A stretch of DNA of 64,000 nucleotides from Anolis carolinensis (taxonomy: Eukaryota): the NCBI RefSeq assembly GCF_035594765.1, contig NC_085846.1, positions 42,457,190 through 42,521,189 of the forward strand, written 5' to 3'. Position numbers and translations under genes: made by a program. Position 1 is the stretch's first letter. The number at the start of each line of letters is the position of its first letter. Positions 25,201-37,855 of the stretch are shown piece by piece. Under the pieces are notes generated by a model. It had not been told where the DNA came from. It saw only the letters and a program-made list of their open reading frames with translations, and made no database searches.

Positions 25201-28200
25201 GGATGACATTATGATTTTACAAATTAAGCACCAAAACATCATGTTTTACAACAAATGACAGAAAAAGCAGTTCAATGCACGGTAACGTTATGTAGTAATT
25301 ACTGTATTTATGAATTTAGCACCAAAACATAGCAATGTATTGAAAACATTGACTACAAAAACACTGACTACTAAAATGCAGACTGCATTGGATAATACAG
25401 AATGTTAGATAAGCGAGTCTCTACTGTATGTACTGATACAACTGGAATTCCTCTTATCTAGTGGTAAATTTCTGCAATGTATAATTCTTTAGTGTAGTCT
25501 ATCTTAGATTTTGTTATTACTCTATGCTGCCTGTATGCCCATCTCTAGGATCCATCTTTCTGTACTTTCTGTGAAATCTTTGTATGCACTACAGTAATGC
25601 CTTTGTAAGTGTACAGTAATGTCTATGTTATGCCATCCTTGAATGTATTTTGGAAGAAATTTTCTAGTGGTTTTTGTCCACATATACAAGGCTTACGTGA
25701 TGTAGTTGTTTCATTTCAAATGTACATATTGTTGGGTTTTGATAAAAGGTTTTCTGGAATATTTTTCTGCTATAGGAACCTATCAATATTATTTCCATTT
25801 TATTTCTTTGGCAGTAAATGTTAAAGAAGTAATACCCAGGAACACTACTTACACCAAATAGGCTACTTACACCAAATAGCCAGTTCCATTCTATGTATAT
25901 CAGTACATAGAATGGAATGAAGATTGTCAGCATTAAACTGGTAAATAAAATCAATGCATTAATATATCAGAAATAATTTTACTGTGTGGTGATTTGAAAG
26001 TTAAATATAGGGATATTATAGGCTGAGTAGCCTTTATCCTTAATTAAAGGAAACTAGGTGAAATTTGCACTTCAGTCTTCAGTAAGACTAATACTTCATT
26101 ATACAGTAGAGTCTCACTTATCCAACACTCGCTTATCCAACATTCTGGATTATCCAACGCATTTTTGTAGTCAATGTTTTCAATATATTGTGATATTTTG
26201 GTGCTAAATTCATAAATACATTAATTACTACATAGCATTACTGCATATTGAACTACTTTTTCTGCCAAATTTGTTGTCTAACATGATGTTTTGGTGCTTC
26301 ATTTGTAAAATCATAACCTAATTTGATGTTTAATAGGCTTTTCCTTAATGCCTCATTATCCAACATATTCGCTTATCCAACATTCTGCTGGCCCGTTTAT
26401 GTTGGATAAGTGAGACTCTACTGTACTTAAAACTCATTTTAAGTAAACATTTGGAAACTGAAGTCTGAGCAAATATGTACAGGGTCTCTACTAATCTTTG
26501 GAATTGCTTTTTGGTTGTATTTTGAAACAGGTTACATTTCAAGAAGAACCTGAAAAGGATTGTTTCGGACTTGTATGTTCGTGATAACTGCCATCCTGTC
26601 AAGGCCAGCCTACTTATATGGATACAGATTCCACTCTGGGTCTTTGTTTCCATTGCTTTGCGGAACTTCAGTGTTGGTAGAGCATCTTCTGAAGGTAATA
26701 ATTTTAAACTCATGTTGCTCTAATCATTGAACAACCAATGTGAAAGCCAAAATTTGAAGAGATGATCATACATTCTTAAATGGGAAGAGTATTCAAGGCT
26801 AAAAAGTTGTTATTGTTCCTTGTACTGGAATGACAGTCGGCTGATTATGGAAGTTTTGTTCACAATAAACGTTTTCTCTAATGTAATCAATTGTTGTACT
26901 GGAAGACTTATGTGAAGCACATTGGTAAATTAATACTTTTACTTTGACTACTATGGCTAAAATTTAGGTAATGACATAAATGTATAATTTGGGATCATAT
27001 GGATGTGTACCTGATTCTGCACATCCATGACAACAAGAAATGGCCATACCAGTTCCAGAGCTTGGCAGCAGCCTTCCAGACACAGGAGAGGCATTGAACT
27101 GAATGACTTCAGTCAATAATTTCAGCATATGTAGTATGAAAGTAACTTGGAATAATATACAGTAGAGTCTCACTTATCCAAGGTAAACGGCCGGCAGAAG
27201 CTTGGATGAGCGAATATCTTGGATAATAAGGAGGGATTAAGGAAAAGCCTATTAAACATAAAATTAAGTTATGATTTTACAAATGAAGCACCAAAACATC
27301 ATGTTATACAACAAATTTGACAGAAAAAGTAATTCAATATGCAGTAATGTTATGTTGTAATTACTGTATTTACAAATTTAGCACCAAAATATCATAATAT
27401 ATTGAAAACATTGATGACAAAAATGGCTTGGATAATCCAGAGGCTTGGATAAGCGAGGCTTGGATAAGTGAGACTCTACTGTAAATTGAACCAAGCCAAA
27501 AAACTCCAATGTGAACAGCATTCTGCCCTTCCTTTGCCCATGTTTGGTTTGTGCATGTGTATGTATAGAGAGAGCGATTGACTCTGTTTTCCTGACCAGA
27601 CAGATTTCCATGCACAGAAACACAAAGTTTCAAATATGCAAACCTATGGTTTAGAAGCCAATTATATACCTTGGTTGGCACTAACAAGACAACTTGTCAT
27701 TATAAATCATTATTAATGCATGAACAAATGTGCCATTAACCTTAAACAGCTTACTATAAAATGGTAGCCTAGAGAGAAGGACATTCATTTCTATTGAACC
27801 TCAGTGACATAATGGGTTAATCCTTTGTGCCGGCTGAACCTGAAGGTCAGCAGTTTGAATATGTGAGATGGCATGAACTCCCATCTGTCAGCCCCAGCTT
27901 CCCATGCGAGGACATTAGAGAAGCTTCCCAGCAGGATGGTAACACATCCGGGCATCCTTGGGCAAATTTCTTTGTAGACGGCCAATTCTCTCACACTAGA
28001 AGCGACTTGCAGTGTGTTCTCAATTTGCATCTGACATGATTTAAAAAATTCTCTACCTAAATGCATATAGGTACAATCTTAAAATACTTGTTTATTATTA
28101 ACAAGACCCATACATAGCATTGTTGCACAGGTCAGTCTTCTCCTCTCCCTAGCCCTAAATTGAGAGAGGCTTATGTGGTTAGTTACAAATGGATAGCGGC

Positions 28201-31200
28201 ATATCTTTTTCTTCCTCAATACACAAAGTCTCCTGCAGGTGTAGCTGTTGGACTTTGGAATCTTACAGTTCAGAGATGCCTCTTAGTTTCAATTGTTGAA
28301 ATTGAATACTGTATTAGATAAAGGGGGGACTTCTAAACAAGCCAGTTGAATCTCCAGAAACTGGCAGCATTCTGCATGGTTTGATTTTGTTCTGAAAAAT
28401 ATTTAAGACTGTCGTAATTTATGGAACCCTAGTTGGGATTATGTAACTTGGAAAGTTTCCAACTTTTAAAAATCAGCATGAGCTACTGCTGAAACTTTTC
28501 TTCAGTGCTTGCAAGTCTGAATCACTTAGAGAGAGGCCAAGATTCAGCAGCTGCCAACTGTTGGGCAAGGATGTACCAGTGATTTCCCCTGGTATTGATT
28601 CAGTGCTCACTTCTGCTAAACATGGTCATGATTTGCCACATTTATTTTTATGTGTATATTTTCTGCAGGGCTTTTCATTCAGGAGCAACTTTCCACAGGT
28701 GGCATGCTTTGGTTTCCAGATCTTACTGTACCTGACCCCACTTGGATCATGCCAATCATTCTTGGAGTCCTCAATCTGCTGATAGTGGAGGTATTTAAAG
28801 ATCACACCACATCTTTAATTGGCTTGCAATTAATTATGATAGCACTGTGATTTTACATTTCTGTTTGAGAAAAAAGGAGTAAGACTGAATGAACTATGGG
28901 TTCCCATTTCAAAAAGAAAGCACAGAGAGACAATTTTAAAAGGCACAAAGAGGAGAAAGCTGTTTTCTCAATCTGTCAAAACAATTAGGAAAGCAGAGAT
29001 TTCTGAGCAAAGGAATGTGGAAGAACTTCTGATAAGATATTCCTTCTTGTGCCTGATAAATGAACAGTTAGGGAAAAAAAACCAAAATGGTCTTTATTAC
29101 ATAGAAATGCTCACACCTAATTTTGTGTTAATTTCCTGTTATCTGGATTATGTATATTGGGGTTTGCTTAATGGTGATGTAATACTGTTTTTCATTGCAA
29201 ATCAACAGAGCTTTTATGTAAATACTTACAGTCATAAATTCTTGTTCAGATCACTGTAACTTCACCCTAGGAAACTATTTTCCATGTTTATTCTCCCTTC
29301 TGCAGAATGCCAAAATTAAAAACTAATTGATTTTCTATAGTTGAAAGTTTTTAAAAATTCAAAGTTTCACTGCAGCAATTATATTGCAAATAGCAAAGCA
29401 ATTTCTCAGTAAAAATGGATGAAAATGAACAGTTGCAGTCGCCATTCCTACTCATGAGCCATTCTTGTAAAATATTACAAGTGCCCAGGTAGCCTTCATT
29501 TTGGAAATTGTGAACTTGTCTTGCTTCTGATAATTTCTGAAAAATGCTGCCAGGAGCAGAATAGGTTTTACAATCTTGTTGGCACAGTTATAGATGATGT
29601 GCTAAATTGCCTCATAGGTACAATGAAAATTCCCACTTCTTTTTTGGGAGCAGTTACCCATCAGGGAGACAGGGGGCACATCTACACTCACCATTTAGCA
29701 CAAAGGGCACCTGAATAAACTCTGTGACCACCTAATTACAAACTGAGCAGGCCCAGTTTAACTTGGCCTTGAGATAGACCCACGTAACCAGATGGATCAG
29801 TTCTGAGATGGAATCAGCCATAACTGTTTACATAACTCCAGGAGCTTGAGTAGTCCAGGGACATGGGATGTCCCTCCTATTCTGTGTCACTCCAGGTGTG
29901 ACATAGGTCCTGCTGGTCACTTGTTGCCTGCTTTGATGTCAAGTAGAGCAAGGAAATGATTGAAGAAGAGAGGAAGAAACGGAAGGGGTGATTCTCCCTG
30001 GACTCTCTCTCCCATCGTTCCGATGCCCTGCCCAATGTTATTTCAGGTGATGAATGACTGACAGGACACATGTCACACTCAGACTACTGTGACAAGAAGA
30101 AAGGGAGAGAATGTAAGTGGTTAGGATTTCCTCCTGTCTCTACAGCCTCCTATATACCATACCAGATAAGCCCTGGGATAAGAGATCAGTGTACAGTGTT
30201 CCCTCACTACTTCGTGGTTCACTTTTTGCGGATTCACTGTTTCGCAGTTTTTCAGTAAACTCTAAAAGACTATTATAAATAATAAAAAATTACAATTCAC
30301 AGCCTAAGGAAGGGAGGAAGGAGAAGCCAGAGGGAGAGAAAAGGAGCCCAAGCGGCAACGGGAGGAGAAGGAGGTGATTTATCAACACATGATTGGTTGC
30401 TAAAGACTTAAAATAGTGTTTAGGTTTTAAAGGTTTTCCCCTGACGTTAAGTCTGATTCTGGGGGTTGGTGCTCATCTCCATTTCTAAGCTGAAGAGCCG
30501 GCATTGTCCATAGATACCTCCACGGTCATGTGGCTGGCATGACTGCATGGAGCGCCGTTACCTTCTCGCCAGAGCGGTACCTATTGATCTACTCACATTG
30601 GCATGTTTTCGAACTGCTAGGTTGGCAGGAGCTGGAACTAACAGCGGCCGCTCACGCCGCTCCCGGGAATTGATCCTAAAATAGTGTATAACTACTAAAA
30701 TAATGAATAAATTTTAAAATTAATATAGCGTCTCTACTTCGCGGATTTTCTCTTATTGCGGGTGGTCCTGGAACCTAACCCCAGCGATAAGTGAGGGAAC
30801 ACTGTAGATGAGGTTAATCCCAAATCTAGCACATGATAATTTCCAACTAAAGATAAGGGTATTTGCAAATTGTTTAATATATGGAGCAGATACAGACATG
30901 CAAAGAAGTGAAAATACAGTACAAACAGTCCCCGAGTTATATAAAACTCTTTGTTACAAAGCGAGGTAAGACAACAAGAAGTGAAAGGAAATCTACTCCT
31001 AGGAAGGGAAATTCACTCCTGTAAAAGTTATCATGAGAAAAAGGTCTGTCCCCAATGTTTGTTACCACGACAGTGCCAAATTTTCAAAATCCAATTGTCA
31101 CAGGGAGAGAAGTTGAGGTGAGATCTGAACAGGCAAAGACAGCAAAATAAATGTTACAGTGCTTTTAAACCCACCCGCCTCCATGCTATCCGAAACTAAT

Positions 31201-32458
31201 ATAAATACATGTTTTTGGTTGGAGTTACACTTAAAAATGTACCTGTTCAGACTTCCATACAGATTCAATTTAAAAACAACATATAAAACCTATCGTGTTT
31301 GTAACCTGGGGAGTGTCTTCATAGCTTATTAATTTATTTGACTTGAATGTTCCTGTTACTGAATCTCACATTTGCATGACATCATACCAGTCTGTTTCCT
31401 GCAGTTCTTAAAAGTGACATTTATCTCCCTAGATTTTTGCTTTACGAAAAATAGAATCTTCCAGATTTCAGAGGTATGCTACAAACTTCTTCCGTGGGAT
31501 ATCTATATTTATGATCCCAGTTGCTGCAACTGTGCCTTCGGTAAGCAATTCAGAACAGTAATGCTGAAGTCTTTTAATTCTGGTGTGTACCATGAAATGC
31601 ATTGGAAATCAACCCATAGTTTGCTCGAATGAGTCTGGAAATACCTTTGTGAAACAGCTTCTTTTTAAGACAGAATGCTGCATGCACAACAATATTTTCC
31701 ATGTATGTGCCGTGTCTTTTGGGGAGGTGCTTCTGCTTCTTTACTTTGTGCTTCCTTGCCCCAACTTTGTGCTTCTAAAGTTGTTAAAGTTGTTCCTTCT
31801 TTGTTATTGTTCCATGTGAATATGCATTTATACATTATTTGTTATTTATAAAGTACATTTTCTTATTTAAAAACACGTAACAAAAATATGGGGGATTTGG
31901 AGGTTGGAATGGATTAATAGCATTTCAATGGGAACATTCACTTTGAGATAAGATGTTTTGAGTTAAGAGCTAAGTCACGGAACAAATTAAATTTTTAAGT
32001 CAAGGTATTTGACTTAAGGTATTTGTATATTGTTATAGTGCTTCACTAAGCCTTCCTGACTTTGTTTTGAGAATGAAATGAAAGAGGGATACAAAACGTA
32101 TATATCACCTTGACATATACAAACGTATATATCACCTTGACATTACTAAAATATAATTGAGTAAATTAAGTTGTTCACATTGAATATTTCTAATAAAGAA
32201 TGGCAACACACATTCACTTGGGGACATGTTATTTCATAAAAACGTCTTTGCTTTGTTGAAAGTAATATTTCATTTTTTAAATTGCAGGCCATAGCTTTGT
32301 ACTGGGTATCATCAAGTTTCATGGGCCTCTTACACAACCTTTTGCTACGCTCCCCTGCTTTCCGTAGATTGTGCCGCATTCCTCGGACCAAATCTGATTC
32401 AGACACTCCTTACAGGGACATTGTTTCTGCTTTCTACGTAAAATATTTCTTCAAGTAA
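21907..32458 (+). CDS. COX18: COX18, cytochrome c oxidase assembly factor (Oxa1/YidC family), 6 exons, about 340 aa
   Basis: Exons give GLPWWATVV..LRTGLTLPLAA, ENLQPEI, RDNCHPVKASLLIWIQIPLW, GGMLWFPDLTVPDPTWIMP, PVAATVPS and ALYWVSSSF; N-terminus resembles a mitochondrial presequence. Confidence 0.95.
22646..22972 (-). mobile_element. Sauria SINE
   Basis: Reverse complement of the 4633-4949 family. Confidence 0.9.
24923..25023 (+). CDS. COX18: COX18 exon 2 (LENLQPEIQSLAKHLRYEV...EKLAR)
   Basis: ctag acceptor, AG|GTAAGA donor. Confidence 0.9.
25110..25426. mobile_element. Tc1/mariner (Tigger-like) MITE
   Basis: TIR cagtagagtct..cttatcca, TA TSD. Confidence 0.85.
26104..26423. mobile_element. 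Tc1/mariner MITE, same family, opposite orientation
   Basis: TIR cagtagagtctcacttatccaac, TA TSD. Confidence 0.88.
26531..26694 (+). CDS. COX18: COX18 exon 3 (LHFKKNLKRIVSDLYVRDNCHP...RASSE)
   Basis: aacag acceptor, G|GTAATA donor. Confidence 0.93.
27160..27481. mobile_element. Tc1/mariner MITE, same family
   Basis: TIRs and TA TSD. Confidence 0.88.
27797..28048 (+). mobile_element. tRNA-derived SINE (second Anolis SINE family)
   Basis: Degenerate A/B-box head, A-rich tail. Confidence 0.65.
28669..28790 (+). CDS. COX18: COX18 exon 4 (GLFIQEQLSTGGMLWFPDL...NLLIVE)
   Basis: tgcag acceptor, GAG|GTATTT donor. Confidence 0.93.
30194..30804. mobile_element. Tigger-like MITE hosting a SINE
   Basis: TIR cagtgttccctcact / agtgagggaacactg, TA TSD. 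Confidence 0.85.
30420..30676 (-). mobile_element. Sauria SINE (5' truncated) nested in a MITE
   Basis: 11-bp TSD taaaatagtgt. Confidence 0.9.
31433..31540 (+). CDS. COX18: COX18 exon 5 (IFALRKIESSRFQ...AATVPS)
   Basis: cctag acceptor, TCG|GTAAGC donor. Confidence 0.92.
32288..32458 (+). CDS. COX18: COX18 exon 6 (AIALYWVSSSFMG...YVKYFFK*)
   Basis: tgcag acceptor, TAA at 32456-32458. Confidence 0.93.
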   Translation, partial: AIALYWVSSSFMGLLHNLLLRSPAFRRLCRIPRTKSDSDTPYRDIVSAFYVKYFFK

Positions 32459-32569
32459 ATTAATTAGTTGTTGAGAAGATATGTGATACAGACATAGGTG
32501 ACTGAAACATGGTGAAAGATTCATACTCCATGTAAACAATGACAAATGTGGCATTATATTTATTTTGAT

Positions 32570-32592
32570 AATAAAGGAGCACATACAATAAA
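32570..32592 (+). terminator. COX18 poly(A) signals (AATAAA at 32570 and 32587)
   Basis: Two canonical hexamers 110-130 nt after the stop, followed by GT-rich sequence. Confidence 0.65.
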
Positions 32593-33071
32593 AAAGTATA
32601 CAGAGATCTTGTGTTGAGAGTTTGACATATGTGTGCTACACCCCAGGGAATTATATATTTTGCAGTTTCATGAAATACATGCAGCTTCTGAAACATTTTT
32701 GTGTGTACTTTCAGCTTGTAGTAGGTTTCAGAGATCTTAAAAATTGTTACTAAATTTTTAAGCATCAGTTAATTTAACAGACTCTTTCTACACTATTCTG
32801 AAGATAATCAGCATTATTTAGAACATAGTCTTGAAAATCCCAGGTTGTTTCATTCATTCATATTTTTGATACCTACCTTTTGTAATATTGAGAGTGAGTT
32901 CTGGAGTTAGAATTTCAGGGGTTAGAGTCTGCATTGGTTCCTACCTGAAGTATGTTTAAAAAATCAGAGGTTATAGAATAAGTAATCAGATACTTAAAGC
33001 TCCTTGTCTTGGGTGGACAAGGTGGTGGAATGTACCTGAGACAGAAGGCTTTCTGTCTTGAAAATAGAATA

Positions 33072-33402
33072 GGTAAGGTAAAGGTTTTCCCCTGACATTA
33101 AGTTGAGTCATGTCCGACTCTGGGGTTTGGTGCTCATCTCCATTTCTAAGCTGAAGAGCCAGCTTTGTCCATAGACACCTCCAAGGTCATGTGCCTGGTA
33201 TGACTGCATGGAACATTGTTACCTTCCCGCCAGAGCGGTACCTATTGGTCCACTCACATTTGCATGTTTTCAAACTGCTAGGTTGGCAGAAGCTGGTGCT
33301 AACAGCGGGAGCTCACCCCGCTCCCCGGATTCTAATCTCTGATCTTTCGGTCAGCAAGTTCAGTAGCTCCATGGTTTAATCCACTGTGACACTGGGGGCT
33401 CC
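33072..33402 (-). mobile_element. Sauria SINE
   Basis: Family match; flanking tgaaaata.aata direct repeat. Confidence 0.88.
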
Positions 33403-33674
33403 CTGAAAATACAATACTATCAGTAAAAATCAGTAGTAAAAAAGGAAAGAAAATACAGTATAACCCGTGGAACTGCACCTGACAAAATATGGTCTCTTGA
33501 GAAATTTTCTAGGTCATCCAGGTGATTCTATGTTATGTTTCCACTGAAAGTTGCCATAGAGACTTCCTGAAGGACATAGCAAATTCCTAGAGGGGGTATC
33601 TTTAGAAATGTCAAGGTCTCTCAAGCAACTCTACCACTGCTTCTTAAACTGGATCTGGACCCAAAATGGGGTCC

Positions 33675-34458
33675 TGTTCCGTCCCCCAGAGGTTTGGTTT
33701 GCATTTTTATAGTTGTAGGAATAGCATCTGTATGCATTTGCTCCAGGGTTGCTGCAGAATCTGTGGCAGTCTGATAGTTTAGCCTGTTTGCAAGTCTTTG
33801 CTGCTTGCAGCCTGCAAATGTATCATTTTGTTCTTGAGACCGCCCTTTTTCCTGGGGATAGAAGGCTCCATTTTGAGAAGCCTATTCTGCCTTCTAGACT
33901 GAAGGAGAAACAACATAGATGTGCTTGTGTGGCCAAGGCAGGCCAACTCTGAAAAGGCCATCATAAATACTGACCTGCCTTTAAAAACAGTGCCAAGCAT
34001 AGATAGGGGAAAGACCTGTTCTTTCTAATAGCTTTGGCACTGGGGCAAAGAACATCTTCGGATTTCTTTGCCACTGGAAGAAGCCCTACTAACTTCGCCT
34101 CAAAAACTAGCTTTGAGCTTAGATAGTTATAGATCTTTTTGATAGCAGCTCAGAGCTAGGGTGAAGAGGATCTCAGGATCTCTTTGCCTTTGGTGGAAGT
34201 TAACCCAGCAACTAAGGGGCAAAAGCAAGAAAAGAGCATCTGCAAGATTTTATAAGTTGACTTTTTATTTGCAACTTTAATTACATGTGCCAAGTCTGCC
34301 AAGGAGTTTGTGAAAATAAAATTTTGTTTGATTGTTCTACTTGAAGTGCCTTTGGTTACTGGGATTTCCAGAGCTTCTAAATAAGGCCCCGCAATTCACC
34401 TGGGCAAAGGAAGAAGCACATCCTAAAGTTTTAAAAGGTGCCTGGGTGTGATGGCATA
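33675..34458 (+). mobile_element. Probable solo LTR
   Basis: Starts TGTT, internal AATAAA at 34315, flanked by 5-bp direct repeat GGTCC; splits an older repeat; 3' end is TA rather than CA. Confidence 0.5.
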
Positions 34459-35599
34459 GGTCCCCTTAGCTCAGTGTTGGGGTCACAAAAATTTGGCAAC
34501 AATAAAATATTTCTAAGGTCACTGAGTGGCTGTTTCAGACATGGACATGAATCTCTTGTTTTTAGTGTTTACAGTGGGCTCTGCAGAAGATGCTTCATCT
34601 GCTTCATAAAAAAGGAAAATCAGCCAGTTCAGCAGGTATTGCAAAGACTGATTTTTTTAACCAGCGTTGTTAGTTGAGCATGGCAGCTGTCTGAATGTCC
34701 ATAAGCCAAACTGGCTTAAGGGTGCTGTAAGGTGACAATCCACAATTAATATGTGGCTACAATTCTAGACTTGTGTGAGAGATTGAAGAGCTTGGTGCCA
34801 TTTTTGAGCAGCCTTCAAAAGGCTACCTGCCACCTCCTTTCAACATCCAATGTATGCAACATCTTCCCCTATTCTGCACAGGAAGACTTCCACTCCATCA
34901 CAAAATGTTTCTTCCAGAATGGCCAATAATTTGGGGAAGGAAGGAGGAGAGGTATTCTTGATCGTTGGGTGCATTTTCATATGTATTTCTAGGCATGAAC
35001 ACATGGTGCCACTGTCTACTAAGCTTTTAAAAATACCACTTGAAGGAAATTTTGGAAAACAGATTGCTTTGAAGGGAATTATGCATACTTTTGCTGGTTT
35101 ACAATTTTTCTGATGATTTTTTTTATAATTTTATCTTTCTAGTAACATTTAGTAGAGCATTCAGAGGTTTGTTTTAAGGTAGACAGTACCCCATCTTTAC
35201 ATATGGGGTAAATTAATTATGTAACCTCTAGTCATCCAATCCCAGTTTGAGAAAATTGAAGTTTCTCAAGTAGCTCCTGACATGGGGGAAAATCCAATCC
35301 CTTATATTTCTTTGCAAATGTACAGTGAACACTTGGTACCACTTGAGTTTGATTCCAGGATATCAGAATCCATGGATATTCCAGTTCCATTATATCTAAT
35401 GACATACCAGTGTCTCTGTTTTAAAATGGCACAATCAAGGTTTGCTTTTTGAATATGTTTAAGAGGGATTTAAATCCACCGATTCTGAATACACCGATCT
35501 GGAGGATTAACTACAGACAAAAGTTTTCTTTAACACATCAGTGTATTTCCTCTGTTAATTTGCACAGCAACATTTTGCTAATCAACAATAGATACTAAG

Positions 35600-35863
35600 G
35601 GTAGGTTTTCCTCCATAGATATCTATTTATAAGGGAACATGGCTGAATTCTCCTCTAACATGGATTGGACAGCAGCTGGTTATATTCCTTAGCAGGAAGG
35701 AGCAGAGATCCTTCCTCTCAAACAACAGGGAAATTAATGATCGTCTTGTCACCAACTGCTTGAATGATACTCCTGCAAATTTTTAGTGCCAGGTACAATG
35801 GGCATATCATCTTTATTAGCGAAGCAGAGAATAGTCCTGTGGTCATGAGTGTGACATTCTTCC
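35600..35863 (+). pseudogene. Highly decayed Ig light-chain V relic (5' boundary uncertain)
   Basis: Broken similarity to FR2-FR3 of neighbouring Vs (..LVTNCLNDTPA.. vs [11 protein letters not shown]; SCGHECDILP vs YCGQ..LPL) directly before an RSS. Confidence 0.55.
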
Positions 35864-35891
35864 CACAGTGACACACTTCTGCACAAAAACC
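35864..35891 (+). other. 12-RSS (CACAGTG-12 nt-ACAAAAACC), perfect consensus
   Basis: cacagtg acacacttctgc acaaaaacc. Confidence 0.9.
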
Positions 35892-37274
35892 TATCTAGAA
35901 TGTCTCTTCACATTGGCAAGCCGTATTGGACTAATAACCCATATTCCAGTGTTATAAAAGGGGCATGTATTTACAGATTTACATTTGGACTATGTTACTA
36001 CATCTGGTTCAGTTTTATTTTAATTGCTGGTATACCATTAGACCATGGTAAATGCACATGGAAGTCACAGCCTGCCAAAAACTTTGTGTCTGTGATAGTG
36101 AAGACAATAGCTGGGATGTGGTGGTGGTGAGGATGAAGATGGTGATGGTGGTGAGGATGAATACAGCACAATTGTGATACCATTGGATAAAATGTGGATG
36201 ATAAAAAGGTTGAAATGCAGCTATCTTTAATATGGATGCTGAAAATTTTAAAGTTCAGCTATATTTCAGAGGCAGGAACTGGCAAAATCACCTCTAGGAT
36301 TCCTTGCCTAAAAAACCCCTGCAAAATTCATGTTATGTGAAGGCACATAACATACATACAGGAGGGGGAAAATTTCTACTAGATTGTTTTGTTCATTCCC
36401 TCAACAAATGTCCTTGTTAACACTATTGGCAAACTATTCAAAATTAAAATTCCACTCCTTCGCAATAGTAATAGTGAAAACAGCAAGTCTGTATGCAACA
36501 GTGGAAAGACACCTTGATCGTGGGACACACAAACCTGTCTGAAACCGTGGATTACCTCCCATGTCGAACTGTCCACCCACTGTATTATACAGGGCCAAGA
36601 CAGGGCAGGCATATTTTTACTTTTTTTAAAAACCAAGTAGATAACGTATTTTGTAGGATTAATGGCAAAGGAATGTTCAATACAGATTTTTTCCCCTAAG
36701 CAATCTTATGTAATTCCTTGCCTTCTTCCTGGTGTCCAAATACATTTCCACAAATTACTTACAGCTGAGATAGGATTCCAGTGTGTGTCACACTATAATT
36801 GATATCCTAGAAAAGATCACTCAATTTCTTTACTTACTCTACCCAAGTACTTTTTCCTCTTTGCTCTGTGTTTTGATTATAAATCAGATTGTGGGATTTT
36901 GTTGCCTGGCAGCTCAGGAGCTAGATAATCAGCCCAACACTCCTTCCAGTGCTTGCTTTATGTTTTTCTCCCCTGGATCCCAGGAACGAGGGAGAATACA
37001 TCAACACGTGTTCAGTTTAAGATTTGGCAAACACCAGTTGACATCCTTGATTCTTCTCAAAGAACATGTCAATGGTAAATCAGTGCAACATACACCACCA
37101 CCACCACCACCCCACACTCCATATAACCTTCTGTGAGGTTATTGCATCTCCAGAATCACTATTCTTATATTTCTTGAGTTGTCATCGGCTTCAAACCTTC
37201 ATTCTGGTGTTTCTGGGGCCTTTCCACTCGGCTCCTTCATGAAGAGGCAATAATTTTGTTTCCAACCAGTGAAG

Positions 37275-37292
37275 ATTTGCATAGATTTCCAT
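37275..37292 (+). promoter_or_regulatory. Ig V promoter octamer ATTTGCAT plus a degenerate second octamer ATTTCCAT
   Basis: About 125 nt upstream of the leader ATG; the same module precedes the other two V genes. Confidence 0.88.
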
Positions 37293-37401
37293 ATTTATCT
37301 CTTCATATACCCTCTCTTTGATCTTCACCACAGTAAAGATAGGCACCCATTTAACTTTTTTTCTGGGATACTGGAGAAATTGCTGAATCAAGAGTATCAT
37401 C

Positions 37402-37827
37402 ATGTTACAAATACATTTAATATGTCTCATCTTGAGTATTTTTAAAGGTAAGTTTGTGGGAGGCAATTCCTTCTCAGAGCCAAGGCAAAAAAATTATATT
37501 TGATTCACATGCTTATTATCTCTTCTCCTAGGGTCATGTGAGCAAATTGTCACTCAGACCCCGGCGTCTTTGCAGAAAAATCCTGGGGACAGAGTTGACA
37601 TTTAGTGCAAAACTTCCTCCTCAGTCGGTACTAACGTGAACTTCTATCAGTTGCTGCCAGGACAAAAACCCAAGCTACTGATTTATTATGTTACCAACCG
37701 TTTTGAAGGGACCCCAGATCGCTTCAGTGGAAGAGGAAGTGGCACTGACTTTACCTTCACTATCAATGGTGTGCGTCCTGAGGATGAAGGGGAGTATTAC
37801 TGTGGCCAAGTAAACAGCTTTCATCTA
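37402..37827 (+). pseudogene. Ig kappa-type V pseudogene: leader 37402-37447, V exon 37532-37827, in-frame TAG at 37603
   Basis: MLQIHLICLILSIFK|GSCEQIVTQTPASLQKNPGDRVDI*CKTSS...[30 protein letters not shown]. Confidence 0.9.
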
Positions 37828-37855
37828 CACAGTGATACACTTCAGTACAAAAACC
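37828..37855 (+). other. 12-RSS
   Basis: cacagtg atacacttcagt acaaaaacc. Confidence 0.95.

Noticed and set aside
35998-36183. His-rich minus-strand ORF
   Set aside because: Translation of a degenerate (GGT/GAT)n microsatellite
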